This document shows, in pieces, positions 24,901 through 36,900 of a DNA stretch of 64,000 nt (position 1 is the first letter of the stretch; every line of letters begins with the position of its first letter). The notes beneath the pieces are model-generated. The model ran no database searches and was not told the DNA's origin. It worked only from the letters and a program-made list of their open reading frames with translations. A program made the translations under genes and the position numbers. The DNA comes from Phoronis australis (taxonomy: Eukaryota; Animalia; Phoronida). The stretch covers positions 65,699 through 129,698 of the forward strand of contig NMRA01000830.1 of the NCBI GenBank assembly GCA_002633005.1, written 5' to 3'.

Positions 24901-27900
24901 CAAATCCGAATAAGAGCTGGATGGAGTTGCTTTGGAAAAAACAGAGAAATATTCCAAGACAAGAACATACCCATATCCCTGAAAAGAAAAGTATTTGACC
25001 AGTGCATCATCCCCACAATCACTTATGGATGCCAAACATGGACCTTAACAAAACAGATAATTGCCAAGCTAAGAACAACACAGAGAGCAATGGAGAGAAA
25101 ATGCTTGGAATAAAGTTACTAGACAGGATTCCACACACAGAGATAAGGGAACAAACAGGAGTCATGGACTTAATCAAGACAATTCTGAAATTGAAATGGA
25201 GGTGGGGCGGACACGTCGCCAGAGCACAGGACAACAGATGGACAAAAAGATGCAGAGTGGCAACCCAGATATGGAAAGAGATCAAGAGGACGACCCCAAG
25301 CCAGACGGAGAGATGACATCGTGAAGACATGAGGCACAACGTGGATGAGAGCGGCAAGAGACAGAACAAATTGGTAGGCACTTTCGGAGGGCTACATCCT
25401 GCAGTAGATGGACAATGCCTAGAGTCAGAGTCAGAGTCTAAAACCATACAGACACCTATAAATTGGAGACGAAATAAATTCTTACCTCCCCTGTGGCCAC
25501 TCACTATTAATTCACTGTCACAAGTTAATAACCTTTACCTGTTTGAGCAGTTGTTATAGTTCTATCCATCTCTTGTGATTGCAAGGACATATCATTGACT
25601 GCTGTGACTTCAACATCATATCTGATGTAAGCATCAAGGTCTTGCAGTATGTGAGATCTGGACTGAGTTGTCTGTGCTTGACCCCATGTAGTGTCAGAGT
25701 TCTTTTTAAATACAATGCGATACTCCAGAATTGAGTTACAGTTTACTGAAGTTGGATCCTGAAATGGAAAAACTGAAGTATTTGGAAAAAGAAAAATGGA
25801 CATAATTACTGCAATTAGTTGAATGCTTTTTGTTTAAGTCAACCATAATGCATGCTGTATATATGTATGAGTTTAGTGAGCTATCAGTGACTCTTGAAGT
25901 AACACAGATGTTTTGTAAAGTAAAGTTTCACCAAAGTAATACTTACATCCCAAGTAAGTGTTAGAGTGGCTTTTGTAGAACTACCTTGTCGTGCTGATGT
26001 ACCAGTCAAGTTTTGTACAGGAGAGGGTGCTAAGGAAAAACAAGTGAACAAATTAAGCAGTGGTTAACTTTCCAAATGAACTAAGTTTTTGCAATCATTC
26101 TACAAAACAAAGTACAATCTTATCACTCAGTGATGAACTTAAAGCCGATCAAGGTAACCTTCAGTGGCAGATTTAGGGGGTGAGGGGCAAAGGGGGCCAT
26201 GGCCCTCCTAAAATTCTACCAGATACCATTTGGCAGTTTGGGTGCCAATTGCTGACTAGCACATGCGTGCAACCAGGGGGTTCGGGGGGGGGGGGGGGAA
26301 TAAACAATGCATAGGCCCTGAACGAACTCCGTTTACCGTTTTTTTTTGTCAAAAGGTCCGCAAACCCAAAAATTCGAGATCCCGGCATTCCTACACTTTA
26401 AGCTGGTCATTCCTGTGCCCTGCCCCACCAACTCAAAATCCTGACCTTTTACGTATTTTAATTCCTAAATCAAAAAACCTGCCTTATGAACACAGGCATT
26501 GAACTGACAGAATACACAATGGTAACAGCAATTCTATGGTTCAAGAGTTCAATATTCAGTTGTTATAAAACAGAGCATTTTATTAATGAGCTTTGTTCAA
26601 ATTCATAATTACCCAGAAACATCTGGCCAGGCCTGGCTGTATACAAACTTTCAAGAAAGCAAAAGAAAAGCCTCGGCGAGGGGGGGGCAAATACGGGACA
26701 TTTTGCTCACATACAACCAGTTTCGCCCCCAAAAGAACACCATTTCTGATAGAATTCCCTAAAAATCTTAGGTTCTGGGTTTGAACTCTAAAAAGGCCCA
26801 CATTTCCAACAGAACTGTATTGAAGAAGTTACACTTTTATTGTGACTTGATGTGTTGAAACAAAACAAATATAAACGTTATTACTTCAATTGTAAATAAA
26901 TAATCATTTTATAGGATTTTAATCCATACAAAAGGATCATGAAAAGAAGAACTAGGTTAGAGTCGTGTCTCCAAACAAATGGGTGCCCTTTAATCATGCT
27001 TACTCTCTGAAAGCGCGTGCATTCTAATTTCCCAGTGGCACTCACTGTCGCAAAAATATGTGGGGTAACTAGAGCACAAAACAAACAAGACAGAGAGAGT
27101 AAAGGTAAGTTCTGTAGAAGACAACTTACTTGTACAAAACATTATACTTTTAGCTGAAGTCCACTCAATAATCCCATCTGCATAAACTACTTGACCATTG
27201 AACTTGTATAACCCTGCAGTTGTTAGTTCTACTTCACGTTGCACAACACCAGTGGACAATAAGCTAGGAGTTATGTCCCCTCCTACTTGACTCCATGATG
27301 TTGATGTATTCAGTTTATACAGTACAACAAACTTTGTGGCGGTGGGTAAATGTGTCTTGACCGAGGGCCAGGCCTGGAAGGTCAAGATCACCTTGCTGTC
27401 AGACTGAGCCAATGTTGAAGAATGCCACCAGTGATCTGAAAAATACATTCCTCAAATGACAGATTTCAAATCATGTTTTATCACATAAGCTCCTCACAGC
27501 GGTAACATGAACAATAATCTTGTTCGTAAACAGAACATCTCACTTGCACAAACAATTAACAACAATACCTAGTTAGAAATCATGTTAAAACAACACTTTC
27601 ATCATAGCATAACAAAAAACTGGGAAAATTAATCCAAAACATTCATTACTCAAAGCAACAATAAGAACCCTTGTTTTCAGATTTTTCCTATAAAAACGTT
27701 TCAGACAAGATGCATGCCATGCGTGGCGACCACTTGAGGAGGAAATCTTTAAAGTAGTTGATTTTGTTAAATGCACGGCACTTCATTGTTCACAGTGCCG
27801 CACGTGACACTTGTTTGCGTGACTTTCCTGTTACCCTCCTTCATTCTTTGCAGTATTTCACACCCGCCGTGTCTCACTGTGTGCGTCATCAGCTTATACT

Positions 27901-30900
27901 CTGCGGTGGCATTACTGCGTCATTTTATCTTCACTTGAGAATGAAACGAGTATTTTTCGAAATATCGTGTGTCTTTTTAAATTATGTCGCTAGGTCAGTT
28001 ACTGTATCTATGTTCAGTTGAGAGTAGAGTTTTGTTCCGAAAGTACGAACGTAACGGAATAAAGACTGAACAATGAAAAGTGTCGTGCATTTAACAAATT
28101 CTGTATAACCGAAAACTTGCTCCCAAAGTACAGCCAGAACACAGTTTGGAAATGTTTAATCCATCGACTTGTAGCCAGGAAGAAGTTAACAATGATTAAT
28201 TTTGAAATGCAAATATCCTTAATTACTTAAAGTAAAATTAAACGTGGACTTTCTGCCAAAAACAAGTTTTGATTTCCAGAAGGGCATGACCTGATCCTTC
28301 AGAAGGTCATGAGTTTGGTCTGAAGAAATTACTTTTAAACTGTGTGATAAGTGACCAAGTGTTAACGGAAGGCACGGGTTAAAATATAAATTCAAGGTAA
28401 TGGACACAATTTGAAGACCAAAATTGTTGGTGACAGGAAAGAGGCTGTTTGATTAAATGCAATTTTTCTTCTGAAATGTTTCAGCATTAAAACATGACTA
28501 TAACCTGTAAGACATGTGGCAGCCATGTTTGCCTAATCATAAACAATGCAAAAATGAATATTTAAAAACGGACTTCAATCAATAAAGAAAATGCTTCAAG
28601 TAACTTTTCAAAATTTTGCTTGATAGCTGTTCTTTCGACTGAAAACAGGCACAGCTTCAGCTGGAGGCTCTATTGGGAATTTTGAATAATGTAGGCCGCG
28701 GGTACGATATAACTGAAATGACATGCAGTTTGAATGGCACTTAACAAAATAACCTACTTTTTGAATCAACTAAAGCCTGCATGGCAGGCACGCGTGATGC
28801 TGAATTGATGGGCACAGTGTAAGTCTGGCCGTTTGTGAGCGATCCATCAAACAATTCCTTGTCATACATGGTGCCGGGGGTCACATGACTACAGCAACTG
28901 TCACCGCCATCTTTGACACGGATGACAATGGATCCTGTATTACTGGCGTAGTGATACCCCATGACATCACCTTGCTTTACTTGAACAGCATTAGACAGAC
29001 GCATCTCTTGTTCACCTGACAATACACAACAGAAAGACACATACCATATAACCAGTACCGATGAAAAAATAAAAACCTTTCTAGCAGAGTCACAACATAT
29101 CAATACGGCATGCTCTTCACATACATTTGAGTAGTCACATACTTATTAGGCTTAATTACATGGACGTTTAGCCAAATCATATTGGCAGGAAATTCACTGT
29201 TTTGAATGGGAATGAAGGAACAAGTAGCCTTATGCAAACACAACAATCCTTAGAATTCAGTGTTCCACATGTACTGTCAGGCCATGTCTGTGATGCCTGA
29301 TGATACCTATTTATCTCAAATGTTGCATTTATACAACAATCGTTCACATGAAATGATCTCCACATTACGACGTTTTCCCGTTGCTCCCAACTTGTTCGAT
29401 TCTATAGCCCAACAACAAGTTGGGAAATTTACCCATCACCAATATCTTACACGATTGATTAACTCCATTCTGGCATTCATGGTTGGAGGGCCAGCTCTCT
29501 TTTGTTCGATAATTGCTCTTATCTCCAATAAAATTGTATCTACCCTGACTGGGCTGTGTTGTTAAAAATAAAAGTTAAGTTATAACACACTTGAACGTAA
29601 ACCAATAGCATTTTTGAAATCTTCGTAAAATGGTGATCATTTTTAGTTTTTTAATGGCCAAACTCGCTCAACTGCAACCGAAGTTACGACAATCAATTCT
29701 TTCCGAATACACCAATTCACTCTGAGTTTGACAGTGTTCACACCTGGTCTGTAATAAGCCTGGTAGATAATTGGCCTGCTTGTTGTCATACCAGACAAAG
29801 GAGTGTGCTTGGTAGTTAACAAAAAAGTTAGATGTTATCACATGCTCAGAACCCCCTACGTCTGGTAAAATCACTTAACGGGAAAACGCTGTCATGAGGT
29901 GCAATTATGTGTGTAAACAGAACTGAAATGGACCAAACTGACAATGAGGTGATCACTTTTGTCTTTCTTATCTGAGGTAGGGTAAATTGCACCCAGTCAT
30001 CTTGTTTTGTGTCAACTATAAGTCTAAGTACGAACAAGGAAATAAATATCCCAATTGCACTTCCTGTGAAAAGCACCAGACCAACACAAAAACATTGACG
30101 CACTCATGACATTAATTGTTTGACATGTGAAAGTGAGTCATCGACTAGAACATGTTGTGACCCGGAATACAGGTAAGAACCAAAGTTAGACATGATGATG
30201 AGATCCCAAACTTATTTTCAAGAATATCCACAAGAGCAGCGCGGAGCATTCAAATGCGCCCACAACTGCATTGCAAATGGTGTGCTTTTAGGGTTATTTA
30301 TTTGTATTATAAAAATTGCCGCTAGATAGCGCAAAAACGTACAATCCATCCAAAAACGGGAACATGCCACATTCCATAAAAATCTGTCAAGGAACTTCAG
30401 AAAAACAATGGAAAACAGAATAAAATGAAAATGCCAGTTGTGGGCACAGCATCCGTTGGATCCGCCTGAAAGTCTGTTGTTATCTTCATATATTAATACA
30501 CTTACTAATTTTAATAAACTCCTGCAGTGGGCTTAGGAGATACAGATATGAGCACAAAATAAAACAAAACTAACACTAAGATGAGCCACAGTAGTCAGCC
30601 ACCATCATCGAACGTCCTTTTCACGCTCAGAACATATACGCCAATATTCAAAACCATCTCTAGAATGATTTGGTTTATTAAAGATTTGGACGCCAAAAAC
30701 AAGATTTGAAAATAGCAAAAAATGGCCACTAGGTGGCGCAAAATACCTCCATTCCATCCAAAAACAGGAAGATAGCGTTATCTGACCAATAGATGCCTAT
30801 ATTCAAAATTTTATGAAAATCTGTTGAGGTCCTTCGAAGATACAGAGATAAACGTAAAATTAGAAATAAAATTGCCAGTAGTCAGATTCGTTCGAAAGTC

Positions 30901-33900
30901 ATCGCCGTCTGCTGTCAACATCATATAATTACACTTGCTAAATTAAGTATAGATCCTGCACACGGTTTAGGAGATACAGCCATGAGCGTAAAAAAACTAC
31001 CACTAGGAGGCGCCACAGTAGTCAAAGTCATCAGAAAATCATTGTCAGCTGTCCACTTCATAGTAAGAATACACATGCCAATTTTCACAATCATCCTTAG
31101 AGGGGTTTGGTTGATGAAGAGGACACCAAAAAACAGACTCGAAAACAGAAAAAATGGCCACTAGGTAGCGCAGACTACATCAAATCCATTTGAAACCGAG
31201 ATGATAGCATCATCTCACTGACTAACAGATGCCCATACGCCAAATTTTATGGAAATACGTTGAGGACCTTTCAAGATACAGAGGTAAACGTAAAAAACTA
31301 AAATTGCCACTAGGGGCACATCGGTAGTCGCATCTGTCCGAAAGTTCGCTCATGCCATGCCATCCCATCCATGAAAGGAACAAGTGTGCAAAATTTCATG
31401 AATGCACGTTGAACGATTTAGGAGATAGAGCAGCAGACGGTGGACACAAGACGGCTCAGGACGCAACGACGGGGATGAGGGTATAATGCGTCCACATATA
31501 AATATATGGGTGCATAAAAATACCTGAATATGTCACGATTATTTGAGCTTTATGAACCAAGGTAAACTCGTCTGAGTTTTCTTTCTGCCGCCAGATGTCA
31601 GCCCACACAGTGCCAGGTCGGGCAGCATTAAACTTCCAACCAATCAGGAATCCATCTGAGTCAACACGGAGGTCGGTGAATATTGACAGACAGGCACCTG
31701 GAGTTTTCATCTCATTGACATTAGTTGGACCCCCAAAATAGTCTGAAACGTAGAGAGGATAATAATAACACTAAAACTAATGATAACAAAACAATAATCT
31801 AGGCAATAATAATGATTGCAGTGGTTCTTGTTGCTCGTTGCTGCCATCGTCATCGTTGTTATCATGAACATTTCATTTATAGATATTTTATAAGCCAAGC
31901 GCATCACAAAAACTCGCTCTTGTTAGTTTTCAATTTCAGGAGAGAGCGGTTTCTAAATCGAGGCTCAATCTAGATATCAATCTCACTGTTTTGCTCATCC
32001 GGACTCACAGGCCAATTTATCTACCATGGTTCAAATAGCTACTAAAACCATTCATCAATGGATACCAGAGAACCGAAAACTATCATATCTACTTTATGAA
32101 CGAGTTCGCGACAATGAGGAGTAAATGTATTTTATTTATTTATTTATTATTGTGATATTTAAAATGAGGGTGGCCTCTTCAGTGATAGCACTGCTTTCCA
32201 AGAGGGCCCTCAACAAGAAAAACAGTAATATAATACAATGAAGTAATAAAACAACAATGAAATATACGTAAAAGATACAATTAAAACAGGTTGAGAATTA
32301 AGACAATAACTAAATGACAAATAATGGTAAAAAATTAACTAAGACAGATGAAATAAATTAAGAGATGACTCTAGACAATGAGAGTATTTACGACAATGAA
32401 AAAATGACATGATTAAGACAGGCAGGGTATAAAAGGTTAAGTAAATTACAGCCACTTTTTAACATTAACTTTAAAGGTAGTAATTGAATTGGACCGTTTA
32501 ATTTCTGGGCTAAAAGAATTCCATATTATAGCAGCTGCATAGATAAAAGATCTCTTGCCCGTCTCGGTTTTAATTTTTTTAGAAGAAACATTGCCAGCAA
32601 CAGAAGAACATGTAGAATAAACAGCCTGACTGCTATTGAATTTACTGCTGAGATATGCAGGAGCCAAGCCATTGATACATCTGTATATACAACAGGCAGA
32701 GGGATATTTATTTCTTTGTCTTACTTTCATAAATCCCAGCTTGGAGTACAAGTCGTCAACCCTAGTGTCCCTAATTTTAGTACCCAGGATAGCCCTGGCG
32801 GCTCTATTTTGGATTACTTGGACTTTGCTGACAAGTGTGTCACTAGTGTGCCCTCAAACCGGTAAACAACAATCAATATGAGGCTGAATAATAGAATGGT
32901 AAAGGGTCTTAAGAGTACGGACACTAAGAAATTTGCCTAGACGTTTAAGTACACCGATTTTCTTTGATAATTTCTTTGTGATATGATCTATGTGCATATT
33001 AAATTTAAGATTGGGATCTAAAATAAGGCCCAAGTACTTAAACTCATAGGCCAATTTATCTACCATGGTTCAAATAGCTACTAAAACCATTCATCAATGG
33101 ATACCAGAGAACCGAAAACTATCACATCTATTTTGGCTAATTTTCATCACATTTCTTCAAGCAAAAATGATTATAACAAAATCTTACTGGGAATTCAATT
33201 TCAAAAGTCAAACATTTCAAAAATAACTAGGAGCATATTTGCCAATTTTAATAATGATCCTCTGTATGGCTTGGCAGATACAGAAACAGACAACAAAAAC
33301 AGTGTAAAAAATAATCAAAATTGCCACTAGTAGCAACACAGCTGTACCAGTGGTAGTGTGTAACTAAACACAGCTTTGCAGAGGGTTTATGGTACTGGCT
33401 GAAAAGATGATTGTGGATTCACGGTGCGTATTTCTAGCATTTTTATGACTTTTTTGCAACCACGCAAAAAGTATTCCACAAAGTCTCAAAATATCGTGAG
33501 TTAGAAATTTTGTTTCATCAAATCAGCATGACTTGCACAGCAGAACTAGAAGTTGAGTTAAGAAAACAAGTTGTATGTACATTGTTTACAATTGAAGCCA
33601 GCATCAAAATTTTTCTTGAGAAGTATCAGAAATCACTCTTCTGTAGCGCAATAATTAGAAAGACAAGGCGAGGCCGTCAGCCAGCAATATCTTCTGCCAA
33701 AGCTTCTGTTGCGTACAGAAAAACCATTTACCTACATGTATGAGTGAAAATCGAGAACAAGAAAATAAGTCAAAATTGTAAAATGCCGACAATATACGGT
33801 TCAACGTTTTGTTACAAACAAATTTTTAATGTTTAGCTCAAGTCCCTTGAGAAATGTAGGAGTTAACACAGAAAACTTTCTGTACATATACACAAACGGC

Positions 33901-36900
33901 ACACATACCCACAAGCTGATGGACATTATATGTTTGGAAAGACACCAACAGTTGCCCATACAAACAACATCTCTGCCAAACAAAGCAGTAGTGTTGTTCA
34001 TATGGTACAAATAGTATCTTTGTCAGAAACATTACTTACTTGTGACAAGTGTGCCGTATACTTCTACCTCACACATAACAAGAGGCTGTGCTCCAAGTTG
34101 TTGTATAAACAGGTATCTGCCATATACAGCTTTGTCACAGTTGATCCTTTGAGTTACACCTGCACCAACAGTACCATTAAAGTGATGACACAAGGGGGCG
34201 GTAGATGACAACTGATCACTGGAGGACACACGGATATCAAAGTTAGTCAAAGTTGTATCTGAAAGAGTAATAAAAACTTATCAGATACAAATTATTGACA
34301 GGTTAACTAATTTTACTGATGAACCTGGAAATGAGAACAAGTTTACTGAGGAGCTGCAACATTTGATATGAATCAAGGCAGAAAGTTGGAAAACAAATTA
34401 CAGGTCCAACAAAACTTCAACAGGTATAATTGTCATTTACGTCAGAATTTGCATATTGCATGTGTCAGAGAAACGTTTTTCCTGCATTATAGAAAAGTCC
34501 AGATAAGTATAAAGAACATCTTGTGAAAAAACTTAAACCTTTGTTAAAGAAATTTGAAAAAGCACTTTATTTCAACAAGATACAACTCTAAATCACATAC
34601 AGTTGTCTGGATGCCATCTGTTGGTTATATCGACCCTGTACACGGCATAAACATTCTGCAGGTCAACTCTCCACCAATCATTTGATCTGCTTGTGGTGTG
34701 TGAACAGCTTTTACCAAACTTTAAGTCTGTGTTTTTGTTTCCATCAACAGCAAGTGATGCAGCGCCTCCTTCAGCACGAGTTGACGACTGTATAGCAGGT
34801 TTACCCAATGCAATGTTTGTAGTCACTGTAAGAAACACAAGAGTGTGAGGGGTGTACAGCCACATGTAGACTGTATAGCAGGCTTACCCAACGCAATGTT
34901 TGTACTCACTGTAAGAAACTAGAGCAACTTTTATAATACTTACAAACAGGACACCTGTAAACATCACAGTAACTCCATCTACCATCCGCAGTAGCATGGT
35001 AACACCACGGTCCACTTAGGCTTCTGTTGGGGTTTCTACAATAGTCGGCAGCACTTTGTAGTGTATCATCTGGTAGCTTTTCTGTGATTATACCATGTGT
35101 ATTTGGAGTCTGTGAGTCCCAGCGCTGACAATGGTCGTTGCCTCGAGTGGTCTTAACTAGACCAGAATAAGTTTGTCCAAAGTTGTCAATCTTGCACTCT
35201 TTGTTAGGTAAGATTGTACCTAAATGTATCATCACTTTTTTAAGGAAAAGTCAAATGACAGAAATATCATTAAAAAGGAACTCGTTCTATCCAATACGAC
35301 ACTGTATGAATAAGCATGAAAAGTTTCAATCTCAAAATTGGATGAATTGTGTCTTATTTGTTGAGATGTTAATCTCATAACTAAATGATTTGATTTTTCC
35401 TCAGAAGTTTTCCAAATTTCAACCCTTACCTGTTGTACTATATACATGCAGCTCTACTATCTCAAGTTCAATCATAAGCATGCTGTCAGTTAATGCTTCA
35501 TGTACAGTCACCAGATTTAGAGTCTAGACTGACACAACTGATCCCTTGTCTACTACTTGTCCAAATTATGAATTATCAACAAGCACTCAAAATTTATAGG
35601 AACAACTAAACAAAGATGCAAATGTTACAGGAAATTAAACTTCAAAATCAAAGTAAAAGTAATTAAATTAAAACTGAAACTGTGGTGAGTGGAATGAAAA
35701 GCAATTCAAATTGCGTCTATGGACACGCAGCAGAAATGTAAAAAAGCTGCCACTAGGGGGGCACAGTACTATTTCGTATTCATCTGAAAGAAATCATCAT
35801 CCATTGTCAAGTTCATAGGTAAAAAAACTGCCATATTTGACAAAGATTAATAGGATTAAAGATGAAAAACAGGTTTTCATCATGGGATGTCATAGTACCC
35901 AGACCTAACCAAAATCAAGGACAGCCGTGTTCTTTTCAATACAACATAAATGCCAACTTTTCTTACGTTTTTGGCAGGTTTGGCGGATAGAGAGGTGGAT
36001 GACAAAAAAAGACTTAAAAAATCTTAAAAATGGTCACTAGGTGGAACAGAATACGTCAAATCCATAAACAAATAAAAAGGTATAGTTGTTTCTGTAATAG
36101 GAACTTATTTGCCAAATTTTATGAAAGTTGATCACACAAACATGAAAAACAAATTTGCCACTAGAGGGCACAGCAGTGACTGAATCAGTCCAAAATCCAT
36201 TTTCTTTCTCTAGCATCACAGGAACATATTTTCCAAATCTTGTGAAGATCCTGTAAATACAGTAGCAGACTGCAGATGCCTAGACAGAGATGATGGAAAT
36301 GTGGATATGTGGGTGCATGTAACAATTCCGTAAAATTTTGGAGAGTATTCTTTAGCTGTGAGAAAACACCCTTTTAGGGCAATAGGTGTCACTTTTCATA
36401 AACCTCTTCTGTAGGAATACCCTTTGAGCTGACATGGCATGAATTTGGCTAACTATTATCATTATTATTATTACTAGTACTACAACAAGTGCTGTTTCAA
36501 AAGGATTTTAATGGGGTTCTTAAGTTCAACCTTAACGATAATGTGAGGAACGTTTTGATAGCTGTGGATGCAGAGTAGGATTACTTTTTGGAAACGAGGA
36601 GGTTGAGATTTAAATTCTTGTATAGACATGCACCATCTATTGGCAACCTCGGAAGTGTTTGTAATATAACTATATCCTTCTGTAGTTTGCCATGAAGAAC
36701 TGAATTCAGACTCTAATCTTTTACTTGGGACTTACATCTAAATGTGAGGATACCCACCATATCATTTTTGTCTCTTGCTGAAAACAAATTTCCTCATCAA
36801 AGAACTGGGACTCGTTCCTCGATGATGAGTCAGTTCAAAAATTGTGTTAAGCTAATCTCTGGAGGCAGACACTTTTCAAGATCTGGCGACTGGTCGGCTA

